Of a stretch of 64,000 nt of DNA, positions 50,392-64,000 are shown one piece after another. Made by a program: the position numbers and the translations under genes. The first letter of the stretch is position 1; every line of letters starts with the position of its first letter. The DNA comes from Octopus sinensis (taxonomy: Eukaryota), in contig NC_043010.1 of the NCBI RefSeq assembly GCF_006345805.1, positions 26,040,001-26,104,000 of the forward strand, given 5' to 3'. Below the pieces are notes generated by a model, which saw only the letters and a list, made by a program, of their open reading frames with translations, was not told where the DNA came from and searched no databases.

Positions 50392-51130
50392 CGCACGCAT
50401 GAAAGTATGTTCATGTATGTTTCATGTATGTTTATTTTCCAATACACCTTGGCTATCAGTTTTGTATAGTAAGAAATAACAACACCCATCAAAGATGATA
50501 CTTGGGGAGACTTTACTCTAAGTAATATTCTAAGTTCTGTTGTAATGTAGAGCAAGAGATGAAAGCTCCCGGCAAGTCAAGACCTCATTTCTTGGTTGAA
50601 GTCAGTTCTCCTCACATCACTAAGGGAAAGTATGAATGCCACACATCCCGTTACCCAGCTACTAAAACATAGAGGGCTTTTTAGCCTAGTTAAACTTGAT
50701 AATCTATGACCTGCTTCTAATAGTATTCACTCTAATTTTTACTTGCTTTCTTCTTACTCTTTCTTATCTTCAAATGATGACACAGAATGCTTTCTTTTTC
50801 TTTGTTTTCTTTATTTTCTAGTAGCAAAAATGGCTATTAAAACTTGGTAATTGCTATTGTTAATTAATATTTCACTTATTACCTTAGACAGATGTAAGTG
50901 GTTTTTGGTTTCTGTTTGGATACAAGCCCATTGTGTTACACTCAAAATGAAGCTTCTTAATGACCCCTTTTTAAGCTCCTATATTGAAATCTCTCCCCTG
51001 ATGACTAAAATAAGTAGAATAAGTTTTAGGGCTAAAAAGGTTTTTTTTTTCTTCAGACTGTAATAGAACTTGTTGCAAAGTTGTATAAAATCCTAAAAAC
51101 AAATGATGCATGTATGTGCATACACACACA

Positions 51131-51181
<51 letters not shown>

Positions 51182-51714
51182 TTCAGTAGTTACCCAGGTT
51201 AACAATATAATCCTGATGAACAAGGATCAAAGGCACAGTATGATGCTTCACTGTACACACTTAGCAGTTTGGATGTGGTCACATCTAAGATGACTAGCCT
51301 CTACATGGTTGTTTAACATTGCTGGAAATAACAGCCAACTCTTTTTCAAATTGTACCCTGACAATCTTAAAATAATTTAGAGCAAAAAAAAAATGGCAGG
51401 CAATATTGGGTGATGTAGTCCAAGATACACTTGTCACAATAAATGAAATGGTCATGATGGTATTTTCTTTGGTCATGGGTCTCCTCAATCAGTGCAAACT
51501 AAATTAACAATAACATCTACCAATGTTGAGCATCATAACAAAATAGTTCCTAGTATTTTGAGTTCAAGTCACATCCAGGTCATGTTTACCTTTCATTTTT
51601 TTGAAGTCTCCTATGAAACAAATAGCGTTCTAGAAGTAGTGTCGCTCAAATTGACTTGTGAAGGGGTGCTTATACTGTGGCTACAGTCCAGTGATTGAAA
51701 GTAGTGGAGAATTT

Positions 51715-51936
51715 TTAACCCTTTAGAATTTAAACTGGCCATGTCTGGTCAAAATATCCTTTATGTTCAAATCGACCAGATCTGGCATCTCACACCTACC
51801 CTGGAATGTCGTTATAAACATTAAACATTCATATCATCAAAATCACAAGGCTACCTGATAATGCAGTTTAAATTCAAAACAATGTGAATAAATAAGCCGT
51901 ACATGTGACAGAGTAATCTGAATGCTAAAGGTTTAA
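51715..51936. mobile_element. piggyBac-like MITE
   Basis: TTAA|ccctttag ... ctaaagg(t)|TTAA. Further copies at ~25190-25385 and ~55095-55280. Confidence 0.8.
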
Positions 51937-54702
51937 GAAATAGATGAGTAATATTTTGTGGATGTATATTTTAGATAAGCACCGAAACAATGTATGGCGA
52001 ATGTTCACCATTGGTGTATTGATGTCCAGTTTCTCTTGCTTGCATGGGTTGGACTGAGTTTATAGAGGGTGAGTTTCCATGACCAGATGTTCTTCCTGTC
52101 ACTAACCCTCACTTGTCTTTAAGCAAAGTAATACCCGCACCCCCACCCATGGCCAGACATGATTTTGCAGAATCTTGTAAATGGATAATAGTAAGACTCA
52201 TTTGCAATTATATATATATATGTGTGTGTGTGTGTATGGCATGTAAAAAGCACCCACTACACTCTTAGAGTGGTTGGCATTAGGAAGGGCATCCAGCTGT
52301 AGGACCATGCCAAATCAGATTGGAGCCTGGTGCAGCCTCCTGGCCTGCCAGTTCTCAGTCAAACCGTCCAACTCATGCCGGCATGGAAAGCAGATGTTAA
52401 ATGGTGATGATGTGTGTGTGATGGACTTCTTTCAATTTCTATCTATCACATTATTCACCAGGCTTTGCTCAGACTGGGGTCATAGTAGAAGACATCTGAC
52501 CAAGGTGCAGCACAGTGGAACTGAACTCCAAATCATGTAGTTGTGAAGCAAACTTCTTAACCACACCTGTGTCTATAATAAATATCATTTCAGTTTATGA
52601 CCTTCCGGTTGTTTGCTTGCTCAGTGAATTAGCATGTGAAGTGACCGAGTGTTCCACAGACACATGTACTCTTAATGTAATACTCAGGTTGAATCAATGC
52701 AACACAAGTATGACAATGCTGGACTGTTGAATCATGGATGCTGTTTCCTCCCGTGAGCTTCCATTACCATCTGCCCAATTTCACTTACAAAGTTTGGGTT
52801 GACTTGAAGCTATGGTAAAGGCACTTGCCCAAGAAGATGCTATGATGCAATGAGATTGAACTTCATGGTTGCATGGTTGCAAAGGAAATTTCTTAACTGC
52901 TTCAACACACTGAAATAATTTTCTCTAGAAACATCAATTTTTAGTTAATCCCATATTTTATGGCAAACACATAATGGCTTTTGTTCTCTTTCTGCTTCTT
53001 AGTTTATCATGCTATGTACAGTTTAGCAAACTTTATTTCCCATCGTTTCTTTTAATTTTATTGGGTTTAATCAGCGAGAACGAACAGTACCCTTGACCTC
53101 TGCAGACCTTCCACACTCAGCTTTCAAAGCTAGTGTGATCAATATGTCTGATGTTAGGTTTCAGCATCTGAAACTAGATGTCTGCAGCAAAAATATGGGT
53201 ACACAGAGATTGTGAAAAGTTTTAGGGAGTTCTTTGGAGAAAGAATTGTATAAAGAATTATTAGCCCAGGGTGTGTGTGTAGTCAACGACGCACATTACG
53301 GGTGACGAGTAGAAGATGTATGTGTGTAAGAGAGAGAGAGAGAGAAATGAAATATACGCGAGGGAGGGAGTGTGAGAGAATGCTTGTATCTGAGAGAGTA
53401 AAGAATAAGGATGAGGGAAAGAGGAGGGAACAGGAGCCGGAGTGTATATATATTTGTGTATGTTTGTCTGCGCTCGTGTGAGAGAAAAGAGAGTATGCGT
53501 ACGTGTGTATATGTATCGGAGAAAAGGTATGTGTACATGTGTATGTAAAAGAGTCAATGTTTGTGTGTGTCTGTGTGTGTGAGAGAGAGAGAGAGAGGGT
53601 GTGTCGGGTGGATTTCAGTTAAGGTGGTTCGTTTCTCAGTGGTGCGGGGATTTCTGCTGTTGGAGAAGACTGGCTTTTGTGTGTTTGTTAATTTAAGTCA
53701 CACAAAATGACAGACGTCCGTTAAATTCAAACAGATTAAAATGATATCGGGTGGATTTCACAAGAGAAATACGTTCGGTATCAATTTAATAGAGCACCGT
53801 AGAGGGAAGTAACTCATATAAATTAATCTTTATAGTCTCCCTTGACAAGCCACTGTCAAGCTTTAACACACTTGACATTTTCATCATCCATCACTCCCGC
53901 TACTTTCTCTGAACGGCAAAAGGGTAAAGTAATCTGGCTTTTGCGTTCCTTCAGACAAAAAGGAATATATTAGATTTGTTGTCAGAATGGTCACACTAAA
54001 GCAAGGAAGTCTGCTACACGTGTACAGTAGTACTTTTATTCCAGTTTTAGGTAAATATAATCTGAATGATATAACTAAGAAGTAGTTTTAAAATATTATT
54101 TAAAAAGTGTATGTTAAGTCTCGTATCAGCTAAATATTTCTCAATCGAAATCTATAATGTGCGAATTTAGACAAGTTTATTGTAGAAAAATATTTGAGGA
54201 AGAATGTATTAATTGTAAACAGAGTAAGGTATACAACAGCTCTAAATTTCATTACATATTTATAAAATTTGCAAGCATACATATGTACACATACGTGAAT
54301 ATATAGACACATCTGTTCTCCTCACTGTCTGCATATGCGTACATGCATGCATATACTCATCAGCGGGCAGTTTCCAATGACTGCATGCCAGCCAAATGCC
54401 TCTCTTTCTCACTCTCTCTCCCTCCCTATATATATATATATATATATATAGTCACTAAGAGGATATTTAGACCCCTTATAGGGATATTTTTATCCAAGAT
54501 GCACTGGTTTAATATATTGTATTTTGAAGAGATATTTTTTCAATGAATATATTATATAAAATATCAAATATTATTATTAAGATTGAAAACAGAGAGATCT
54601 AATGGATACAAATTAATTTATTAATCAATTAACATTTTAGTAAATTAATTTGTATCCATTGTATCTGTTTTCAAACTTAATAATATTTGATATATATATA
54701 TA

Positions 54703-54741
<39 letters not shown>

Positions 54742-56371
54742 AGAGAAAAACATTTGCACAAGCGTGTAGAGTCTGTAATGTTTGTCTACATATGTATGTG
54801 CATGGCGAGTATGGTTTCAAAGTCCTACATTAAAAAAGGAAAACGGTTTCTCTCAACTTACTTCATTGAATGGAGATACTCTGAGTGATCTGTAATGTCG
54901 AGAGTGTGCACGGCGGATGAGATCCTGTTTGAACACCACAGTTGCTTCTATCTATGATCCGCTGCCGGAAACTTAAAATACATCAGATACTATATACTTG
55001 CTCACACAGACACATAAATTTATTTCCTGAAGTATTTTTTCTCTGAAATTTGAAGAACATATATGCAGGGTAGACCAAAAGTCACAAAGGCATTAAACCT
55101 TTAGCATTTCAACAAAATATTATACCTGTTTTATGTTACAACTGGCCAGATCGGGCCTCTTATACACAATGTCATTCTAAAGATAAATAATCACATTATT
55201 ATAATCTCAAAACTACAAGAGAATTCCTGATTAATTCAAAAAGCATTACATTTAACAGAATAATTTGAATGCTAAAGGATTAATAAGGTTTTAGCTTTTT
55301 GTTTTAAAATTACAATTTTACAATTTTTTGTTTTAAAATTACAGCATCATATATGAGATATATATAGGAAACAGATGTTAGATAGGAAAAATCACATCTA
55401 AATCTAAAAAAAAAATTTTTTTTTAGATTCATTAAAATTTTATCCTTTCTTTGTGACTTTTGGCCCAGCATGTATATTTCTAGGTTTTTCTTTTTTATGT
55501 CTTTCTCTATTTTATTTTCTGTCCTCTCTCTCTCCTCATCCTCCCCATCGCTAACCTTACAAACACACATATCAGTCCATTTTTTTCTCTCTTCTTACTA
55601 AAGTATTAAACCATTAAACTCCTCGCAAACTCCATTATCTTCTATTATTTATATTTTTTTTTACTGTCCGGGAGCCTCGGTAGTTTTTGGAACTTATTTA
55701 TTCCAAAGAAATATTTTTTTAGGTCGCTGTATTTTTCTTATTTTTTAAATTATTTTGTTTTCTTTTTTTCTCCATTTGTACAAAAAAAAATGGATTCAAC
55801 ATTATCACCAACTTGTCTGCTGTGTCAACACTTCAAAATAATAATGTATGTAGTATTAATAAACTTCTGGAAAAAAGAATAATAAATAAATAATTAAAAT
55901 TTCATTTTCTTTTATCTTTGGTGCTCCAGTGTGGCCATAATCTGAATGACTGAAATCAGTAAAAGGTGGGTGGGTGGGTGGGAAGTGAAAAAGACTAAAT
56001 CATATTTTATTAATACTGGCCTTGAAGCCACCTTTTAAGCAGCCCTTCAGAAATTGAATCTCCTTCTGATATGCCCTGGGAAATCATGGTATGAAATGCA
56101 TTGTCATTGATCGAATTTGGTTGCCAATGCCTTGTTTAAAATACAGGAAAAATATGTGGGTCTAGGAAATTCCCTGGGATTAGGGGAGTTGCTGTTTGAG
56201 TTTTGCTGTCCTTGTACCAACAGTCTGGAAGGAGTTAATGAACTTCTGTGTGGTAAGTAGCTTGCTTAGCAACCACATGGTTCTGGGTTCAGTCCCACTG
56301 CATGGCATCTCGGGCTGACTAAAGCTTTGTGAGTGGATTTGGTAGATGGAAACTGAAAGAAGCCCGTCATA

Positions 56372-56411
<40 letters not shown>

Positions 56412-57057
56412 AGTGTGTGTCTCTGTGTCCAGCATCGCTTGACAACCGATGCTGGTGTGTTTACGTCCCTGTAACTTTGTGGTTTGGCAAAAGTGACTGA
56501 TAGAATAAGTGCTAGGCTTACAAAGAATAAGTCCTGGGGTCGATTTACATGACTAAAGGCAGTGCTCCAGCAGTCAAATGACTGAAACAGATAAAAGAGA
56601 ACATCACTCAAATTTAAATTAAGTTGTAGCTTTGCCTGTATATGTGATGTTAAAAATTGAAATGATACAGAGGTTAGCATGGCCCCTGCAAAAGGAATAC
56701 TTGCAGATTCCTGAAGCGTTCCATATTTTCTAAGGTGGCAAGCAGGCAGAACAGTTAGCATGTTGGGAAAAATGCTCTGTGGCATTTCTTCTGAGTTTAA
56801 ATGCTGCTGGGGCTGCCTCTAACTTTTCATTTCGGGGTTGATGATGTAAGGACCAGTTGAGCACTGGGGTCGATGTAATCAACTTGCTGGCTTTGTGCCC
56901 AAATTTGAAACTGATAATATTAATTTCTAAGGTGACAAGCTGGTTGAATGAGTAGCACTTCGTCTGTCTTTACACTCTGAGTTCAAATTCCACTGAGGAT
57001 GTCTTTGCATTTCATCCTTTTGGAGTTAAGATAATTACCAATATTTCTTAAATTTTT

Positions 57058-57325
57058 GAGGTCCAATGCTTGAAAGGAACTCACCAACTTAGCTTCTATG
57101 AGGCCCAACATTTGAAAGGAACTCACCCACTTTGCCTCTGTGAGGCCCAATGCATGAAAGGAACTCAGCCACTTTGCCTCTGTGAAGCCCATCGCTTGTA
57201 AGGAACTCAGCCACTTTGCCTAGGCTCAACACTTGAAAGGAATTTGGCCACTTTGCTTCTGTGAGGCCCAGTGCTTGAAAGGAACACAGCCACTTTACCT
57301 CTGTGAGGCTCACTGCTTGAAGATT
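57058..57325. repeat. ~42-bp minisatellite x~6.5 abutting the N gap
   Basis: Unit gaggcccaa..cttgaaaggaactcagccactttgcctctgt. The same unit occurs x2.4 at 35960-36055. Confidence 0.85.
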
Positions 57326-57330
57326 TCTTT

Positions 57331-57430
57331 NNNNNNNNNNNNNNNNNNNNNNNNNNNNNNNNNNNNNNNNNNNNNNNNNNNNNNNNNNNNNNNNNNNNNN
57401 NNNNNNNNNNNNNNNNNNNNNNNNNNNNNN
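57331..57430. other. Assembly gap (100 N)
   Basis: N run. Confidence 1.
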
Positions 57431-57932
57431 TATATAGATTTATATAGATTTAGATATAGATATAGATATAGATATATTTCCTTTTGTATTTGGCTGTAAG
57501 ATTCTTTATGTGAATTCGTGTGTTAAAGCATATTTTATTGTGTCTGGGGAGAGTCATTTGCTTTTATTGCCTTATTATTTAACACACACAACAGTTCGAT
57601 TTCCACTCATTTACATATTTATCATTTGAGTGGAAATTGAACTGGTGAGTCTGTTAAATAATAAGGTACTAAAGGAGAATGACTCTCCCTAGACACAATA
57701 ATAGAGTGGGTGTTGCATTGTGTTCTTGAGTAAAGCACATCCTTTTATGTTGCTCTGTGATCATTGATCATTTTTCATCTGACATGTGGCATATGGTACA
57801 CCTGTACAGGTAATGTCAATTTGACGGAGGGAGTGTACACAAACATTTGGTCACTATAAACAAATCATTTGTGTGGTTGTCTGGCAAGAAATTGCCGAAA
57901 CCTCATACATTGTCTAACGACAGGAGAGTCAT

Positions 57933-57975
<43 letters not shown>

Positions 57976-58746
57976 CCTCATCATCATTTAATATCCATTT
58001 TCCATGCTGGCATGCATCTAGTAGTTCAACAATATCTGGAAAGCTAAAAGCCAGTGTTGAGCTCTGTTGTCTGTTTTGTCATGCTTTCTACAGCTGGATA
58101 CTCTTCCTAATGAGTACACTGGGTGGCTTTCCTGTAACACCTGTTCTCATAAGGTTACAATGTAACTTGCAAAACAAAACACCTTGACTGGGTAGGGGAA
58201 TAGTTTTGGGAGGAGATGGCATTATGCCAGATGTTGAGCGGCTAAAGTAGGATTGAGGGATAACCGCAGATGTCTTACAAATAGAAGAGAGTCATGGCTG
58301 AACCAGCTGGATATTGAGACAGGAGAACGTGGTGAGCAGGGGTCAGCATGAACATTCAGTGTACCTGAAATCATATATCCGATAAATATATACATACATA
58401 AATACATACATATGCACATATACATACATATATATTTGGTATATCTTGGCTGTATAGTTAGATCTACAACTGTTACTGGTGAGTAAATCATAATTCCATA
58501 TATTAAATATATATGTGTGTGTGTGCATGTGTGTAGGTGGTGTGCATATAATTATAGAATATATATATATATTATATATATATATAATATATATTATGTG
58601 AAATAGAAAGATGAATAATCTTGTAGTAGATTAATCAAAAGTTAACCGATACCTTAGTAGCCAAAAATCACAGCAGTAAACAGCACGGTTGGAGGTACAA
58701 ACCATCTGGTGTTGCAACCGTGCGTTGGTGCGGATAATTGAAATTA

Positions 58747-59188
58747 AAACATTATTGGTGAATTGAAGAAATGGAGCTGAACGCAGATTGAACAGAAATC
58801 GTTTTATTTCATTCTACACGTGTTTCGAAAGGCACAAATTACCAAAATCCGATTGAATAATGGGACCATATTGTGTCTTTCTCTTCAGGAAGAAAAAAGG
58901 AAATCTGACCCGTTGAATTCTTCAGCCACCGGTTCTCAACATACACTGATAAACAGTTTCGCCATGGGCTCTTAGGAGCACAGTTCGATTTGTTTTTTGC
59001 TCCGCCTCTGTTCTGTTTTTGTTTTTCCAACGGATTTCCTTTTTCTTCCTGAAGAGAAAGACACAATATGGTCCCATTATTCATCGGATTTTGGTTATTT
59101 GTGCCTTCGAAACACGTGTAGAATGAAATAAAACGATTTCTGTTCAATCTGCGTTCAGCTCCATTTCTTCAATTCACCAATAATGTTT
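58747..59188. repeat. Long inverted repeat (~165-bp arms, 112-nt loop)
   Basis: 58747-58915 versus 59028-59188 are reverse complements with few differences. Confidence 0.9.
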
Positions 59189-59354
59189 ATATATATTATA
59201 TATATATATATATATATATCTATATATAGATAGATAGATAGATAGATTAGATAGATAGATAGATAGATAGATAGTAGATAGATAGATATAGATATAGATA
59301 TATATATACATATATTTATAAATATACATACACACACACACACACATACACACA

Positions 59355-59410
<56 letters not shown>

Positions 59411-59569
59411 CACATACATATATATCATATAATAATGCATACATTTGTATGCATATATATATGTATGTGCATATATAATATATACTTATATGTATATATA
59501 ATATCATATAATTATGTATGTATGCATGTATATATATAGAGATAGATAGATAGATAGATAGATAGATAG

Positions 59570-59636
<67 letters not shown>

Positions 59637-60165
59637 ATATCAAAAGAGAAGATTAGATAACATTTTTTGGTATTATATATTCACCATTACACATGTTTCT
59701 TCTGCTAACAAGAGTTACAAAATTGTACATGTAGGAAAAACATGTAAAACATCTCCTATCATATTATTGTTTGATTCTCTGTCTGAAAAATTTTTAATAG
59801 GAAATATCTTACATGTTTTCTCCTACATGTACAATTTTATTAACCCCTATTAGCAAATGAAACATGTGTAATGGCGAATAAATAATGGCAAAAATTTTTT
59901 TCAGTGTTCTGCTTTAGAAATTTTTTCCAGAATTTTCAACTCTGATGCATACCTCACACAAATACAACATACACATATGACTTTGGAATACTGGAATAAG
60001 CAAATGTGTTTCAAGAAGACAGTCCTTGGATTTTAACCCTTTCAATATAAAATATATATATATACATTAATTTTTATATATATACATATATAGAGAGAGA
60101 CATATTCACAACGCACATACTTAATTAGATATGATGTATGTGCGCATATGTATGTGTACATATAA

Positions 60166-60216
<51 letters not shown>

Positions 60217-60581
60217 ATGGTATATATACATACCATATATATATACATATATATATACATATATATATATACATATATATACCAAGTTGCTTTACTGGCC
60301 CTGTGCTCTGTGGCATGCGTAAAAGGATTCGAGCAAGGTCATTGCCAGTACCGCCTGACAGGCCCCTGTGCCAGTGGTATGTGAAAAGCACCCACAACAC
60401 TCTCAGAGTGGTTGGCATTAGGAAGGGCATCCAGCTGTAGAAACTCTGCCAAATCAAGATTGAGGCCTGGTGCAGCCATCTGGTTCGCCAACCTTCAGTC
60501 AAAATCGTCCAACCCATGCTAGCATGGAAAGCGGACATTAAACGATGATGATGATGATGATGATACATACTATATAATATT

Positions 60582-60623
<42 letters not shown>

Positions 60624-61522
60624 ATATTTAAAAATCAACCACAGATTTTAGTCATTCCATGGTGGCCATTCCCATTTCTCTTTCCTCCCCATCTTTCTGA
60701 ACATATATTCTTTACCACTGATCCAAGACACACACTTTTTAGCTTCTCAATCGTCCCATACAAATGTATCTCCTTTTCCTTCTTAAAAACCTTTCTGCAA
60801 CCTTGCTGTAATAGCAATACATTTTTCATCCCTTTTGTTCTTCCATACAATCAAAAATCTGTCATGGCTTATTTTTTTCTCTTTCATTCTAAACTTATCT
60901 ATAAATATAAATTATTTCTTGATAATTATGTTGTTGTATCTTAATTTATTTCTAGTGTATTTTTTTCTGATTTTTTTTTCTCTGTGTTTGATATTTTTTG
61001 AAATTATTTATTTACTTTTCTTTCAAATAAATAAATATACCCCTCCAAAAACAAAAAAAAAACACAAAAAAATCAAAAATCAAAAATCAAAATTCAAAAA
61101 CCAAAAGCATGACCTAAACCTGTTAATTAATCTTCGTCAATTTTGCTTTTTTTGAAAATAATTTACTATTAATAATGCCATTATTTTTCTCTTAAACTTT
61201 TACCAAATTTGCTAAAACATTTTTGTCGTCTAGCAACCAAACTGACTTCTGCTATTAGAGTCAGTACTCTAGAGAGATATTTGACCCTTTTCCATTGATT
61301 CTCAAAACCAAATTCCACTTTAGACCAGTTGATTCAAAGTAATGGAATGGTAAAAAAAAACAATTCAAAAAATATTTGGATTTCTTGTGTGATTTCTTTG
61401 TGCTGCGATTCCCAGCGACCAATTTCCATTACCATTTCAACAAGACTGGGGGTAGCCACATTTTTGGTTTATTTTGTTTCATTGTTCTTTTACCAACTAC
61501 CTCTGTTTTTTCCTCTAATTCT

Positions 61523-61557
<35 letters not shown>

Positions 61558-61879
61558 TATTGTTGTTGTTGTTGTTCTTGTTGTGGATGTTGATTATATG
61601 GCAACTAGATTCAGCCACATTTACTGTAGCTTGACATATGCATACACAGACATATACACTCATATGTGTGTATTCATATACATGAGTGTGTGTATGTATA
61701 TATGAATGCTGTATGTATATGTATATGTGTATGTAAGTATGTATATGTATATATATATATATATATATATACATAAAAATACATATACATATATAAAAAC
61801 ACATACATATACATACATATATATATATATATATGTGTGTATATGTATATGTGTTTTTATATATGTATATATGTATATT

Positions 61880-61923
<44 letters not shown>

Positions 61924-62035
61924 CATATATACATATATACATATACACATGTGTATATTTAAAAATCAACCACAGATTTTAGTCATTCCATGGTGGCCAT
62001 TCCCATATATATATTTTTAAATACACACATGTATA

Positions 62036-62098
<63 letters not shown>

Positions 62099-62112
62099 TA
62101 TATATATATATC

Positions 62113-62155
<43 letters not shown>

Positions 62156-62214
62156 TATACATGTGTATATTTAAAAATCAACCACAGATTTTAGTCATTC
62201 CATGGTGGCCATTC

Positions 62215-62264
<50 letters not shown>

Positions 62265-62471
62265 TACATATATATATTATAATATATAATATATATATAT
62301 TATATATATAATATATATAATATATATATATATATATATACATACATACATATATATATACATATTACATATATATGTGTGTGTGTGTTTATATGTCATT
62401 TCATGTGTGTGTTATACACACACATAAAAATACATATACATATGCACATGTATATATATATATATAATATA

Positions 62472-62535
<64 letters not shown>

Positions 62536-62734
62536 ATATGTATGTATATACACATGTACATGTGTATATACTTTTATGTGTGCATGTGTGTGTGTGTGTG
62601 CATACACACACATGAAATGACATATAAACACACATATATGTACACAGTTATATATATACACATATATGGATATTTTCTCTATTATCACTGAACAAGGGTC
62701 AATATCTGCAATCGTGTCTGCCAATTTTCACATT

Positions 62735-62814
<80 letters not shown>

Positions 62815-62820
62815 CTAAGT
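59189..62820. repeat. Microsatellite-rich zone: (AT)n, (GATA)n, (CA)n with local duplications
   Basis: Visible directly. Includes three copies of a 58-bp block at 60618, 61949 and 62161. Confidence 0.9.
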
Positions 62821-63051
62821 ATATTTTCTTATACTGAATCAGCATAAAAGAACATTATGAACCCAAGACTAGATCTCGCACACACGCACATAATTACACA
62901 CAGATATTGTAGATTCTTTAATTATATAATTCCCTACAATCTCTGGAAACTGTTTATAAAGAATTACCATTAAAAGTTTCCTAAACCTTTTTGGATTGTT
63001 TGTTGTTTTCATTTATTTATTCACTTATTAATTAGCTTTCTATGATATAAT

Positions 63052-63280
63052 ACAAGGGAGTGTTGTAAAGTTCCTGGCTTTAAGGGTATCACGAAAGGCC
63101 TTTTTGGAGGCCCAACCCTCCGAGTTCTTTTACAGGGCTTAAAAAACTAAAAGACTGCTGCAATAAGCGTGTGAATTTGAGGGGGGGAAATGTTGAATAA
63201 AATCATAATTAACTGATCCTCCTGTATTTTCGTTTACCCAAAGCCAAGAACTTTTAGCCAAAGTTAGCAGCCACCTCATA
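63052..63280. mobile_element. Mariner-derived MITE
   Basis: aaagttcctggcttt ... aaagccaagaacttt TIRs. The interior retains a transposase end (KKLKDCCNKRVNLRGGNVE*). Confidence 0.7.
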
Positions 63281-64000
63281 TGCAAGTACACCACTGGTTT
63301 TTCAATATTCTGGGCTCCAAAGTCTTGACAATTTAACCATTTTGCCAGACAAGCCTTACTTAATGATAATGTAACACATGTCTAACCAACAAATTATTCA
63401 TTCTAAGTGCCATCATTTATGTTTTATCTTGTTCTTATTTCAGTTGTTAGACTGCAGCCATTTTAAGGCACCACCTCAAAGAACTTTTAGTCAAATATAT
63501 CAACCCCAGGACTTCTTTAAGCCTGATACTTATTCTATCAATCTCTCTTGTTGAACTGCAAAGTTACAGGGACATAAACACACCAACACCTACCGTCAAG
63601 TGGTGGTGGGGGACAAAAACAGACACATGCACAGATATATACACATATATATACATGTGCCAGCGTCATCTTACTGGCACAGCAGCACGTAAATAACAAC
63701 ATTCGAGTGTGGTCGTTGCCAGTGTTGCCAGACTGGCTCCTGTGCAGGTGGCACGTAAAAAACACATTTTGAGCGTGGTCATTGCCAGTACCACCTGATT
63801 GGCCCTCATGTTGGTGGCACATAAAAGCACCCACTACACTCTCAGAGTTGGTGGGTGTTAGGAAGGGCATCCAGCTGTTGAAACTTTGCCAGATCACATT
63901 GGAGCCTGGTGCAGTCTTCTGCTCACCAGTCCTCAGTCAAACTGTCAACTCATGCCAGCATGGAAAGCGGATGTTAAATGACAATGATGGTGATGATGAT

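Noticed and set aside
53075-53215. Open frame RERTVPLTSADLPH...GTQRL* after a cag
   Set aside because: Weak acceptor, no recognisable similarity, and a length expected by chance.
56180-57499. 201-aa and repetitive EAKW-type ORFs
   Set aside because: They are read-through of SINE B and of the 42-bp minisatellite.
59155-62724. Many 60-150 aa ORFs rich in Y/I/C/V
   Set aside because: They are translations of (AT)n/(GT)n microsatellites. The same applies to ORFs at 8868-9242, 34752, 48136 and 50328.

Overview
Eukaryotic, AT-rich, repeat-dense genomic DNA. The SINE, MITE and microsatellite landscape looks like Octopus/coleoid cephalopod (inference from repeat families). There are two 100-N gaps (7037-7136, 57331-57430). 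The main content is one + strand multi-exon gene reconstructed by hand: 19 coding exons from ATG 12705 to TAA 50179, all GT-AG and phase-consistent, 3408 nt, 1135 aa, plus probable 5'UTR exons. The predicted protein has an N-terminal extended Tudor domain with a non-canonical cage, a low-complexity linker, a MIF4G-like HEAT domain, a candidate LC8-binding motif (VGVQTD), a ~400 aa disordered tail and a C-terminal CCHC zinc knuckle. I do not recognise this architecture as a named gene. Introns carry decayed Gypsy, CR1/L2, RTE, Tx1-like, Penelope, mariner and Helitron pieces, three abundant SINE families and several MITEs. The last ~11 kb has no supportable CDS. It holds a possible convergent spliced transcript, long inverted repeats and (AT)n-associated duplications, some of which may be assembly artefacts.
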